Below, in pieces: positions 8,794 to 18,123 of a stretch of 64,000 nt of DNA. The notes below the pieces were generated by a model, which saw only the letters and a list, made by a program, of their open reading frames with translations, did no database searches and had not been told where the DNA came from. Position numbers and translations under genes: made by a program. Position 1 is the first letter of the stretch. Every line of letters begins with the position of its first letter. This DNA is from Candidatus Omnitrophota bacterium (lineage in GTDB: Bacteria > Omnitrophota > Gorgyraeia > 1-14-0-20-64-10): positions 275,306-339,305 of the forward strand of contig JAMWCF010000001.1 in NCBI GenBank assembly GCA_023818695.1, given 5' to 3'.

Positions 8794-9911
8794 GCCGGAC
8801 AGCGGTTATCCCCTTGGGTTCTTTCCACCTCTCCGGCGGGGTAAAGGTGTTGATCCGGCTGGCAACCGGATTGATCCGCCGGGGCTGGGCGGTCCGGTTC
8901 CTGGTCCCGGATTACGGCTCACAATCCCCTCTTCCTCTGGAGCAGGGGATCAGCGTCCAGGTCGTCGGGTGCGGTCCCGCTTCCTGGCCGAAACCGTTGC
9001 GGCAGTTCCTCTATTACCTGAAGCTCTGCCGTCTCTCGGCGAGGGGGGCTGACCTGATCCTGGCGAATTATTACCTGACCGCCTACTGCGCCTTCTTCTC
9101 ATCGATCGGCGCCAGACCAAAACCAGCGATCCTGTGGTACATCCAGGCATACGAAGCAGGCAGCCACGGCATTCTGGCCGACGCCGGCTTTGTGAGCCGG
9201 GGAATCCGGACCATTCTGGCCTCCGTGAGCTACCGGCTGCCGCTGCGGATCTTCTGCGTATCGGAGTGGGTCAAAAAGAGGATCGGGCGAAAGGACGCCG
9301 AGGTGCTTCATCCGCCGGCGCTGGACTTGTCGGTTTTCATCCCCTGCGGGCGGTCGTTCGGATCGGACCGCTTGACGATCGGCGTCATCGGCAGGAAAGG
9401 GAAAACCAAAGGGTACGGCGATTTTCTCAAAGCACTGGAGACCCTTAAGGAGAAGGAAAAGATCCGGATCCTGGTGGTCGCCCCGGGACCGCCGGAGGTT
9501 CCCCTGCCAACCGGCTGCGAGGCGCAAGCGATTCGGGCGCAACGGGAAGATGAGATGGCCGCCTTTTACCGGCGGTGCGACATCTTCGTGCTCTCCTCCC
9601 GGATGGAGGGATTTCCGCTTCCGCCGCTGGAGGCGATGGCCTGCGGGTGCGCGGTTGTCACCACAGACTGCGGGGGGATGCGGGAATATGCGAAGGACGG
9701 AACGAATTGCCTGATTGTTCCCGCGGCGAACCCCCGCGCGCTGGCGCAGGCGATCCTCCGGCTCCTGCAGGATTCCTCCCTGCGCCGGAAACTGATCGGA
9801 GGCGGGCAGGAGACGGCGGAGCGGTTCGGCTGGGAGCCGATGCTGGAGAGGTTTCTCGGGAGGATCCCCATTCCAGCAGTACCGGCGCAGCCGCAGCTCA
9901 TGGTAAAATGA
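8790..9911 (+). CDS. Glycosyltransferase family 4 (GT-B, group 1)
   Basis: SSRMEGFPLPPLEAMACGCAVVTTDCGGMREYAKDG motif. GTG 8790 overlaps the upstream TGA, and the N-terminus is then VSRTAVIPLGSFHLSGG. Confidence 0.8.
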   Translation: MSRTAVIPLGSFHLSGGVKVLIRLATGLIRRGWAVRFLVPDYGSQSPLPLEQGISVQVVGCGPASWPKPLRQFLYYLKLCRLSARGADLILANYYLTAYCAFFSSIGARPKPAILWYIQAYEAGSHGILADAGFVSRGIRTILASVSYRLPLRIFCVSEWVKKRIGRKDAEVLHPPALDLSVFIPCGRSFGSDRLTIGVIGRKGKTKGYGDFLKALETLKEKEKIRILVVAPGPPEVPLPTGCEAQAIRAQREDEMAAFYRRCDIFVLSSRMEGFPLPPLEAMACGCAVVTTDCGGMREYAKDGTNCLIVPAANPRALAQAILRLLQDSSLRRKLIGGGQETAERFGWEPMLERFLGRIPIPAVPAQPQLMVK

Positions 9912-9930
9912 TGGCTTTCGAGGGAGAACC

Positions 9931-10767
9931 ATGCAAAAACCGCCTGTGATGGTCCTCTGCGGGGGATTGGGAAGCCGCCTCCAGGAGGAAACCGAGTCGA
10001 AACCAAAGCCGATGATCGAGATTGGTGGAAGGCCAATCCTTTGGCACATCATGAAGATCTATTCCGCCCAGGGATTTAAAGATTTCATCCTGTGCCTCGG
10101 CTACAAGGGCCACCTCATCAAGGACTTCTTCCTGAATTACCGGGCATACCAGAGCGATCTCATTGTTGATCTGGGGATAGGCAAACCGGATCCGCCGCAC
10201 AACCTTCAATTCGTCAGCGACCACCCGGAAGATGAGAATTGGACCGTCACCCTGGTGGAGACGGGGGCCAACGCCCAAACAGGTGCCCGAGTCCGGAAAG
10301 CGGCCCGCTATCTGGATAAAGCATCGCGATTCTGTCTCACATACGGAGATGGGCTGGCGGACATAGACTTGGAAGCTCTGCTCGACTGTCACGAGAAACA
10401 CGGACGAATCGGCACGGTCACCGGCGTGCGTCCGCCCGGCCGTTTCGGCGAGCTCGAAGTGGACAAGAACGGCCTCGCCACCCAGTTCAATGAAAAACCT
10501 CAGTTGGAAGAAGGATGGATCAACGGCGGCTTCTTTGTTTTTGAGAAGGAATTCGTGGAAAAATACCTCCCCAACCGGGACGATCTCGTCCTGGAGCAGG
10601 AACCTCTTCAAAAGCTGACGCGCGACAATCAGTTGACCGTTTATGAGCACAGGGGCTTCTGGCAGCCGATGGACACTTATCGGGAGTTCAAGTTCCTCAA
10701 CGACTTGTGGGCCACCGGAGAACCTCCGTGGGTGAGGAAAAACCAGATGATCCGAAAAATCCAATGA
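9931..10767 (+). CDS. rfbF: Glucose-1-phosphate cytidylyltransferase
   Basis: [65 protein letters not shown] closely follows the RfbF/DdhA consensus. GAGGGAG RBS lies upstream of ATG 9931. Confidence 0.9.
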   Translation: MQKPPVMVLCGGLGSRLQEETESKPKPMIEIGGRPILWHIMKIYSAQGFKDFILCLGYKGHLIKDFFLNYRAYQSDLIVDLGIGKPDPPHNLQFVSDHPEDENWTVTLVETGANAQTGARVRKAARYLDKASRFCLTYGDGLADIDLEALLDCHEKHGRIGTVTGVRPPGRFGELEVDKNGLATQFNEKPQLEEGWINGGFFVFEKEFVEKYLPNRDDLVLEQEPLQKLTRDNQLTVYEHRGFWQPMDTYREFKFLNDLWATGEPPWVRKNQMIRKIQ

Positions 10768-11774
10768 ACCCCGCCGACGAGAAAAGCTTCTTTTGGCGCG
10801 ACCGGCCGGTCTTTGTGACCGGCGCCAGCGGCCTGCAGGGAAGCTGGCTGACCCGGGCCCTGGCCGGGCTGCAAGCCAACGTGGTTGTGCTGATGCGGGA
10901 CTGGGTGCCGCAATCGGAGCTGTGCCGGTCGGGGTTGATCGAACAGGTCCGGGTGGTCCGGGGGGAGATGACCGACCAGGCCCTGATCGAACGGATCCTG
11001 GGGGAATACGAGATCGATACCGTTTTCCATCTAGCCGCGCAGACGATCGTCACCATCGCCAATCGGAACCCCTTGTCCACCCTCGACACGAACATCCGGG
11101 GGACATGGACGTTGCTGGAGGCCAGCCGCCGCTGTCCGACCGTCAAACAGATCGTGGCGGCTTCTTCGGACAAAGCGTACGGTTCGCAGGCCGAGCTGCC
11201 GTACCGGGAGGAGGCCCCCCTGATCGGCCGGCATCCTTACGATGTCAGCAAATCCTGCGCGGATCTCCTGGCCCAGTCATTCGCCAAAACGTTCGGCGTT
11301 CCCGTGGTGATCGCCCGCTGCGGCAACCTGTACGGCGGGGGAGACCTGAACTGGAATAGGATCGTGCCAGGCACGATCCGTTCCGTCATCCGGGGCGAGA
11401 GGCCGGTCATCCGGTCGGATGGAACGCTGACGCGGGATTATTTCTATGTCGAGGATGGCGCTAACGCCTACCTCCAGGCGGCGCAGAAGCTGGCGGAGGA
11501 CCGCTCCCTGGTCGGGGAGGCCTTCAATTTCAGCAACGAACAGCCGATGAACGTTCTTCAGATCACCCGGGAGATCTTGAAGGTGATGAAACGGCAGGAC
11601 CTGGAACCGATCATCCAGAACCAGACCTCCAACGAAATTCCGCACCAGTATCTCGACGCCTCGAAAGCCAGAAAGCGGCTGGGCTGGAAACCGATCTTCA
11701 CGATGGAAGAAGCCCTTCACAAAACGGTGGACTGGTATGAAAAATTCTTTAACGACGGCAAACAAAACAATTAA
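10764..11774 (+). CDS. rfbG: CDP-glucose 4,6-dehydratase-like SDR
   Basis: [20 protein letters not shown] Rossmann motif, SSDKAYG, and YDVSK (YxxxK). ATG 10764 forms an ATGA overlap with rfbF. The assignment leans on position between rfbF and rfbH. Confidence 0.75.
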   Translation: MNPADEKSFFWRDRPVFVTGASGLQGSWLTRALAGLQANVVVLMRDWVPQSELCRSGLIEQVRVVRGEMTDQALIERILGEYEIDTVFHLAAQTIVTIANRNPLSTLDTNIRGTWTLLEASRRCPTVKQIVAASSDKAYGSQAELPYREEAPLIGRHPYDVSKSCADLLAQSFAKTFGVPVVIARCGNLYGGGDLNWNRIVPGTIRSVIRGERPVIRSDGTLTRDYFYVEDGANAYLQAAQKLAEDRSLVGEAFNFSNEQPMNVLQITREILKVMKRQDLEPIIQNQTSNEIPHQYLDASKARKRLGWKPIFTMEEALHKTVDWYEKFFNDGKQNN

Positions 11775-12216
11775 AGGGGTGGAGATCCATCCGCTCAAAC
11801 AGATCCCGGATGAGCGGGGCAAGATCATGCACATGCTCAAGAGCACCGATCCTTTTTTCGAGCGGTTCGGCGAGATCTACTTTTCGGTGGTCTATCCGGG
11901 AGTGGTCAAGGGATGGCACCTTCACGAAAAGATGACGCTCAACTACGCGGTCGTCAGTGGCTCCATCAAGCTGGTCCTCTACGATAACCGCCAGGATTCC
12001 CCAACGCGGTCGGCCCTCCAGGAGATCTTCCTGGGGGAATCGAACTACTGCCTGGTGAAGATCCCACCACTGGTTTGGAACGGGTTCAAGGGAATCGGCA
12101 CCGTTTCCGCGATTGTGGCCAACTGCGCGACCATCCCGCATGATCCGGCTGAAATGCGGCGTCTGGATCCCCGGTCGGGAGAGATTCCCTACGACTGGGA
12201 GCTTCAGCACAGATAA
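11737..12216 (+). CDS. RmlC-like cupin, NDP-4-keto-6-deoxyhexose 3,5-(or 5-)epimerase family
   Basis: [23 protein letters not shown]...[33 protein letters not shown]...[10 protein letters not shown] follows the RmlC-type cupin pattern. Start may be ATG 11737 (38-nt overlap with the upstream gene) or GTG 11779. Confidence 0.7.
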   Translation: MKNSLTTANKTIKGVEIHPLKQIPDERGKIMHMLKSTDPFFERFGEIYFSVVYPGVVKGWHLHEKMTLNYAVVSGSIKLVLYDNRQDSPTRSALQEIFLGESNYCLVKIPPLVWNGFKGIGTVSAIVANCATIPHDPAEMRRLDPRSGEIPYDWELQHR

Positions 12217-12238
12217 GCTGCTGCCCATCGCAACCCCC

Positions 12239-13180
12239 ATGAGCTGGAAACACAGGAAAGTTCTCGTCACCGGTGCCACCGGCTTCATCGGGTCCCATCT
12301 GGTTGAACGCCTTGTGGACCTCGAGGCCGAGGTGGAATGCTGGGCTGCTTCCGAAAAACGGCTGGCTCGGCTGGCGCGGGTGCGCGATCGGATCGATCTG
12401 CGCATGATCGACATCCGGGATCTGGCCCGGGTCGCCGAGGCGACCCGCCGTTGTCAGCCGGAGATCGTCTACCATCTGGCTGCCTACGGGGTGAATTTCG
12501 ATGAACGGGATATGCAACCAGCGGTGGACATCAACATCCGGGGGACTGTCCATCTCCTGGAAGCATTAAAGGGGATGCCGATCAAGAGAATCATTGCGGC
12601 CGGAACCTGGGCGGAATACGGACCGAAAGACCACCCCGCGCAGGAAGAGGACCCTCTGGAGCCGGTGGGGACCTACGGGACCACCAAGGCCACGGCCACC
12701 ACCATTGCCATGAAGATGGCGGTCCAGGACAATCTTCCGCTGGTGGTCCTAAGACCCTTTTCAGTCTACGGACCGGGGGAAGGGGATTACAAATTCGTTC
12801 CCATCGTCATCCGCGCCTGTTTGAAAAAAACACCCCCAAAATTGACCAGCTGCCGGCAGGTCAGGGACTACGTTTACATCGAAGACGCGGTGGAGGCGTT
12901 CATCAAGGCGGCCGACGCGCGGTTGGAAACCCCCATCGTCTTGAACATCGCTTCGGGTCGGCCGGTGCAGCTCAAAGAGCTGGTCGACGCCGTGGTGCGC
13001 CATTTTCCGGGCATCCAGCCGGATTTCGGGGCGATGCCCGACAGAGAAAACGAGATATGGTCGATTCGGGCCGACATCTCCAAGGCGAAGAAACTCCTCG
13101 GCTGGGAACCGACCCATACCCTGGAGCAGGGAATCACACAGACGATCAGTTGGTTCAAAAACAACCCTCATGGAAACTGA
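12239..13180 (+). CDS. NAD(P)-dependent NDP-sugar epimerase/reductase (SDR)
   Basis: VLVTGATGFIGSHLVERL and YGTTK (YxxxK). ATG 12239. The upstream part of the 12113 ORF overlaps the cupin gene. Confidence 0.8.
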   Translation: MSWKHRKVLVTGATGFIGSHLVERLVDLEAEVECWAASEKRLARLARVRDRIDLRMIDIRDLARVAEATRRCQPEIVYHLAAYGVNFDERDMQPAVDINIRGTVHLLEALKGMPIKRIIAAGTWAEYGPKDHPAQEEDPLEPVGTYGTTKATATTIAMKMAVQDNLPLVVLRPFSVYGPGEGDYKFVPIVIRACLKKTPPKLTSCRQVRDYVYIEDAVEAFIKAADARLETPIVLNIASGRPVQLKELVDAVVRHFPGIQPDFGAMPDRENEIWSIRADISKAKKLLGWEPTHTLEQGITQTISWFKNNPHGN

Positions 13181-14525
13181 TAAAGCGAAGCGTCTGAAAG
13201 CGGAGATCCTGGAGAAGGTCCGGGCCTATTACGGGCTGGCGCACGGGAGCCCGCCGTTCGTTCCCGGCCGCAGCAAAGTCCCCTACGCCGGCCGGGTTTT
13301 CGGCCCCGAGGAACTGGTCAACCTCGTTGACAGCTCCCTCGATTTCTGGCTGACCCTCGGCTCTTACGGCGACCAGTTTGAAAAACGGATGCGCGGCTTT
13401 TTCGGGGCCAGCGATTTCGTGCTGACCAATTCCGGGTCGACCGCCAACCTGCTGGCCGTGATGACGCTGACCTCCCCGCAGATCAAGGACCCCCTGCGGC
13501 CGGGCGACGAGGTCATCACCTGCGCGGTCGGCTTCCCGACAACGGTCGCCCCTCTGGTCCACGGCGGCCTCGTGCCGGTCTTCATCGACGCCGAGGTGGG
13601 AACTTACAACATTAACCCGGGGCTGATTGAAGAAGCTATCACGGACAAAACGCGGGCGATCATGATCGCCCATACGCTGGGGATTCCCTGCGACATGGAT
13701 GTCATCACCGGAATCGCAAAACGGCATAACCTCTACCTGATCGAAGACTGCTGCGATGCCTTGGGAGGAACATTCCGGGAGCAGAAAGTCGGGACATTCG
13801 GAAACCTGGCGACCTTGAGCTTCTATCCGGCCCACCAGATCACGCTGGGGGAGGGGGGCGGGCTGGTGGTCAACCGGGGAGGGATTCTCCCAAAAACGGC
13901 CCGTTCGATCCGGGACTGGGGGCGCGACTGCTGGTGCCCAACCGGGGTCTCCAACACCTGCGGTAAGCGTTTCGACTGGGAACTGGGTGGGCTGCCCAAG
14001 GGCTACGACCACAAATACATCTATTCCAACATCGGCTACAACTTCAAACCGACTGACCTCCAAGCGGCCATCGGGATGGCGCAGATCGAGAGGATCGGTG
14101 ATTTCGTGGAAAAGAGGCGTCGCAATTTTGAAACGCTCTACCAGGGACTGGCCCCGTTCTCGGACCGACTCATTTTGCCCGTGCGGGACAAGCGGGCTAA
14201 TCCCTCCTGGTTCGGTTTTCCGGTCACTGTCACCAATTCGGTCTCCAAAAACGACCTGGTCCAGCATCTTGAAGGAGCAGGAATAGAAACACGCTCCATC
14301 TTCGGTGGAAACCTGATCCGCCAGCCCGCTTACCAGAAGATCCGGGCGCGCGTCCCCCGGGAAACACCCGAGGCGGACCGGATTATGAGAGATACCTTTT
14401 TTATCGGTGTTTACCCGGGGCTGACGGAGGAGATGATCGCTTACGTCCTGGAAACCTTCAGGCGTTTTTTCGGCGCGCCGCAGCGAGGTACCGGTTGCCA
14501 GGAAAAGCAGAAGGTGATAAGCTAA
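13170..14525 (+). CDS. rfbH: CDP-4-keto-6-deoxy-D-glucose 3-dehydrase (E1; RfbH/DdhC/AscC-like, DegT fold)
   Basis: DegT-family fold of 451 aa. The usual PLP-Lys position reads His (SFYPAHQITLGEGG), as in PMP-dependent E1 dehydrases. DCWCPTGVSNTC matches the C-x-C-x7-C part of the E1 [2Fe-2S] motif, and a CC pair lies about 58 residues upstream. Confidence 0.85.
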   Translation: METDKAKRLKAEILEKVRAYYGLAHGSPPFVPGRSKVPYAGRVFGPEELVNLVDSSLDFWLTLGSYGDQFEKRMRGFFGASDFVLTNSGSTANLLAVMTLTSPQIKDPLRPGDEVITCAVGFPTTVAPLVHGGLVPVFIDAEVGTYNINPGLIEEAITDKTRAIMIAHTLGIPCDMDVITGIAKRHNLYLIEDCCDALGGTFREQKVGTFGNLATLSFYPAHQITLGEGGGLVVNRGGILPKTARSIRDWGRDCWCPTGVSNTCGKRFDWELGGLPKGYDHKYIYSNIGYNFKPTDLQAAIGMAQIERIGDFVEKRRRNFETLYQGLAPFSDRLILPVRDKRANPSWFGFPVTVTNSVSKNDLVQHLEGAGIETRSIFGGNLIRQPAYQKIRARVPRETPEADRIMRDTFFIGVYPGLTEEMIAYVLETFRRFFGAPQRGTGCQEKQKVIS

Positions 14526-14550
14526 CATTTTAAGCAATAAGGGGATATGA

Positions 14551-15648
14551 ATGGAGAATCAAGAGCTTTCCCGCTATCGCGGCAAGAGGATACTGATCAC
14601 CGGCGGTACCGGTTCGTGGGGAACCGAACTGATTTCCCACATTCTCCCGCACCAACCGGCTGAAATCCGGATCTACAGCAGGGGAGAGGCCCAGCAGGTC
14701 ATCTCCAAGCGCCGTTTTGAAAATCATCCGGCGTTACGCTATGTCGTCGGGGACGTCCGGGACAAGACCCGTCTGGACCTCGCCATGCACGGGATGGATA
14801 TCGTTTTCCACCTCGCCGCCCTCAAACACGTGCCTGTCTGCGAAGAGAACCCGTGGGAAACCGTGATGACAAACGTCATCGGGACACAGAACGTCATCAA
14901 TGCCGCGATCCATTGCCACGTGGAAAAAGTGATCTACGTGGCCAGTGACAAGGGGGTGGATCCCCTGAACCTGTACGGGGTCACCAAGTTGACGTCGGAA
15001 AAGCTGATCGTCGCCGCCAACAACATGGCCCCGACGGTTTTTTCTTGCTATCGGGCCGGCAACGTGATCGGGACCAGCGGCTCAGTCATCCCGCTCTTCA
15101 GGGAGCAGATCCTGCGGCTGGGGGAGGTCACCATCACCGACCCAAACATGACCCGGTTCTTCATCCCACTGCGGATGGCGATCGCATCCCTCATCCATGC
15201 CGAATCGCAGGCGGTGGGCGGAGAGACCTTCGTCCTGAAAATGAAGTCAATCCGGATTTCAGACCTCGCCGAACTGATGAGCAGGGAATTAAGCCCGAAA
15301 AAAAGGGTGACCGTCAAGCAGATCGGCATCCGTCCGGGAGAAAAGCTCCACGAGCTGCTCATTTCCCGCAACGAGGCCGCCAGGGCCATCGACATCGGGG
15401 AATTTTACGTCATCATGCCTCTGGTGGACATCCCGAAGCTGAACGAACGGTATGAAAACGAGCCCCGTGGAATCCCCGGAGAGTATTCCTCGGAGAACGC
15501 CAAACTGTTCACCCAGGAAGACTTCACGGAGCTCTTGAGAGCCGAGGGATGGCTCGATCCGGATCATCCCTCCCCCTATCTAAGCCGCTTGAGCGAGGAA
15601 CAGCTGCGCCACATTTACGCGGCGAACAAGTGGCTGGGCTTAAGCTAA
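14551..15648 (+). CDS. pseB: UDP-GlcNAc 4,6-dehydratase (PseB/FlaA1/CapE-CapD family)
   Basis: ILITGGTGSWG, YSRGEAQQ, VGDVRD, HLAALKHVPVCEENPWE, ASDKGVDPLNLYGVTK and IGIRPGEKLHE align along the whole length with FlaA1/PseB-type enzymes. AAGGGGA RBS lies before ATG 14551. A CapE/FnlA-type function cannot be excluded. Confidence 0.8.
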   Translation: MENQELSRYRGKRILITGGTGSWGTELISHILPHQPAEIRIYSRGEAQQVISKRRFENHPALRYVVGDVRDKTRLDLAMHGMDIVFHLAALKHVPVCEENPWETVMTNVIGTQNVINAAIHCHVEKVIYVASDKGVDPLNLYGVTKLTSEKLIVAANNMAPTVFSCYRAGNVIGTSGSVIPLFREQILRLGEVTITDPNMTRFFIPLRMAIASLIHAESQAVGGETFVLKMKSIRISDLAELMSRELSPKKRVTVKQIGIRPGEKLHELLISRNEAARAIDIGEFYVIMPLVDIPKLNERYENEPRGIPGEYSSENAKLFTQEDFTELLRAEGWLDPDHPSPYLSRLSEEQLRHIYAANKWLGLS

Positions 15649-16062
15649 ATGGCAGCCCGCCCCGTTCCGTCAACTGGAAAAGAAAAACCGGCCTTTCAGA
15701 TCGACCGAAAAGCAGATGAAAGGGGCTGGCTCGTTGAAATCTTTTCCCATGAAATGCCCAGGGGCCTTATCTACGCTTTTCAGTCGAAACCGGGCGCAGT
15801 ACGGGGAAGGCATTACCACAAGCGCAAGTCGGAGTGGTTCTGCGTTCTCCGGGGCAAGATCCGAGTAACCCTCAAGGATACAACCACCGGCGAGATCTCC
15901 GAACATGAGTTGAACGGCCAGACGGCGACCTACAAGCTGTTCGTCCCGCCCGGGTTCACTCACACCTTCACGACGATCGGCCCGGAAGATTCCATCGTGG
16001 TGGCCTATGTCAATGAGACGTTCGACCCCAAAGACCCGGACACCTTTCCGGACACCATATGA
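15649..16062 (+). CDS. Cupin-fold sugar epimerase/isomerase-like protein
   Basis: DERGWLVEIF...GAVRGRHYHKRKSEWFCVLRGKIRVTL...VPPGFTHTF is a cupin signature. ATG follows directly after the pseB-like TAA. Confidence 0.6.
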   Translation: MAARPVPSTGKEKPAFQIDRKADERGWLVEIFSHEMPRGLIYAFQSKPGAVRGRHYHKRKSEWFCVLRGKIRVTLKDTTTGEISEHELNGQTATYKLFVPPGFTHTFTTIGPEDSIVVAYVNETFDPKDPDTFPDTI

Positions 16063-16844
16063 TCAATAACCAGCAAAAAATTCTCGTTCTGATCCCGGCC
16101 TACAACGCATCGCGGACGATTCGCAAGGTCCTGACGCAGATTCCCAGACCTCCCGTGGACGCCGTCGCTGTCGTGGATGACGGATCCTCCGATAATACCG
16201 CCCAGGAAATTCAGTCGGCGAAACAGGCGATCCTGATAAAACATCCCAAAAACCGGGGCTACGGCGGCGCGCAGAAGACGCTTCATCGTTTCGCCCTCGA
16301 GCACCAGGCCCCCTACAGCGTCATCCTCCATGCCGACGGCGGCCATTTCCCGAATGAGATCCCGCAGATCGTGGAACCGCTGCTGAAGGGCGAAGCGGAC
16401 GTGGTGGTTGGTTCCAGGATTATGGGGATCTACCAGACGGTTCGGCCGTTCCTTGGCTCCAAGATGCTGGGGGCCTCCCTGTGGGGGCCGATGCCTGGCT
16501 ACAAGTTCGTCGCTAACAGGATCCTCTCCACCATCCAGAACATCTTTCTCGGCACCCGGTTCCTCGAATTTCACAGCGGTTTCCGGGCCATCACAAAGGA
16601 GGCCTTATCCAAAATTCCTCTTGATCGTCTTGGGAACTGGTACCTGTTCGACACGGAGTTCGTCGTCGCGTGTCACAGGGCTGGTTTGAGAATCAAGGAG
16701 GTCCCGGCGGGAACTTATTACAACCCGGAAGCCGGTTCAAAGGTTCCCTCCGTCCGATATGGGTTGGCGATCCTCGAGTACGCCTTTAAAGACTGGCTCC
16801 ACCGGCACTTCAGCGGCCGGAGAAACGGTATCGCTTCCTCCTAG
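16059..16844 (+). CDS. Glycosyltransferase family 2 (polyprenyl-phosphate sugar synthase/DPM1-like)
   Basis: ILVLIPAYNASRTI...VVDDGSSDNT...HADGGH. ATGA overlap with the upstream gene. Followed immediately by a GT-C membrane protein. Confidence 0.8.
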   Translation: MINNQQKILVLIPAYNASRTIRKVLTQIPRPPVDAVAVVDDGSSDNTAQEIQSAKQAILIKHPKNRGYGGAQKTLHRFALEHQAPYSVILHADGGHFPNEIPQIVEPLLKGEADVVVGSRIMGIYQTVRPFLGSKMLGASLWGPMPGYKFVANRILSTIQNIFLGTRFLEFHSGFRAITKEALSKIPLDRLGNWYLFDTEFVVACHRAGLRIKEVPAGTYYNPEAGSKVPSVRYGLAILEYAFKDWLHRHFSGRRNGIASS

Positions 16845-16851
16845 GGTCTGG

Positions 16852-18123
16852 GTGGACCCGGGGGCGAAATACCGGTGGCCTCTCTATCTCCTTCTGCTCC
16901 TGTGCTTCTTTACCCGCCTTAGCTTCATCCGGCAAATTCCCGCCGAGGATTTCTTCTACCCCGATGGAACAGATTATTCCCGCGTTGCTTCGGCCATCAC
17001 GCAGGGGGAGGGATTCTACCCACCGGAGATGAAGCCGGTGATCGCCTACCGGGCGCCGCTGTATTGCTTTTTCCTGGGAGGGGTCTACTGGCTCTTCGGG
17101 ATCGAAAATCTCACCGCCGTTCGACTGGTCCATTGCTTTCTGGCGATGCTGACCGGATGGATCATCTACCTGATCTCCGAAAGGATATGGGGAGCGGCCG
17201 GCGGACTGTTGTCCCTCTTCATCTTCTCGATCCATCCCTTTTTCGTCTACCATGCGGCGACTATTGCGCCGGAGATCGTCTTCACCCTTTTTGTCGTTTT
17301 GACTTATTACTTCCTCTTCCGCCTCTTTGACGAAAAGACCGCCTTTTTGGCGATCCTAGCCGGCATCCCACTGGGGCTGGCGGCTTTGACGAAGGGGACC
17401 GTTCTTCTGCTCGGTCCGGCTGCCGCGCTGACCATCTTCTCTTTCACCAAGGCGAACTGGGGCAGGCGGCTGGGGTTGGTGTTCCTGCTGGGTTCCATGA
17501 GTCTCCTGGTGATCTCCCCCTTGAGTTACTGGATCTACAAACGGTGGAACCAAGTCTCGCTCATGCTGGACGGTTCCGGTATGAACTTCTGGATCGCCAA
17601 TTCCCCGCATTCCGCCCATATTTTTAAAGCGAAAACAGCCAGCCAATTCCGAAGCGCCCAGCAACACCTCTGGATGGAAGTCCTGCCGGCGATGTCGAAA
17701 CGGCTCGAACACTTGAGTCCCGGCGACCGGGACCGAATCTACTACAAGATGGGATGGCGGGAATTCGAGAAGAATCCGGAACGATCCCTCTGGTTGATGG
17801 CCGAACGGTTCAGGATTTTCTGGAGGCCGTGGGTCCATCCTCTGGCTTACGGCCCGAAGGAGGTCTTCCTGTCCGGAATCGCCTCTTTGCCTTTGTTTTT
17901 TATCGGTTTTCTTTACCTGTTTTCCCGGTTCCGGGCGAAAACGCCGGAGGCCTGCTTCACGGTCCTTTCCATCATCTTGATTACGCTCGTCGTCGGCATG
18001 GTCAACAACACTGAAATCCGGTTCCGAGTTCCTCTCATTGACACGCTCCTGATCGTCTACGCCGGAGGCCTGATCGGTTCCGTTTTCCCCGGCTCCGAGC
18101 CTTATCCGAAACGACCTGCATGA
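16852..18123 (+). CDS. GT-C fold membrane glycosyltransferase (GT39/GT83, ArnT/PMT_2-like)
   Basis: Multiple TM segments. First-loop pattern YPDGTDYSRVASAITQGEGFYPP...AYRAPLYCFFLGGVYWLFG, then ALTKGT. Start is uncertain: the ORF track starts at 16759 inside the upstream gene, and GTG 16852 lies just after its stop. Confidence 0.75.
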   Translation: MDPGAKYRWPLYLLLLLCFFTRLSFIRQIPAEDFFYPDGTDYSRVASAITQGEGFYPPEMKPVIAYRAPLYCFFLGGVYWLFGIENLTAVRLVHCFLAMLTGWIIYLISERIWGAAGGLLSLFIFSIHPFFVYHAATIAPEIVFTLFVVLTYYFLFRLFDEKTAFLAILAGIPLGLAALTKGTVLLLGPAAALTIFSFTKANWGRRLGLVFLLGSMSLLVISPLSYWIYKRWNQVSLMLDGSGMNFWIANSPHSAHIFKAKTASQFRSAQQHLWMEVLPAMSKRLEHLSPGDRDRIYYKMGWREFEKNPERSLWLMAERFRIFWRPWVHPLAYGPKEVFLSGIASLPLFFIGFLYLFSRFRAKTPEACFTVLSIILITLVVGMVNNTEIRFRVPLIDTLLIVYAGGLIGSVFPGSEPYPKRPA

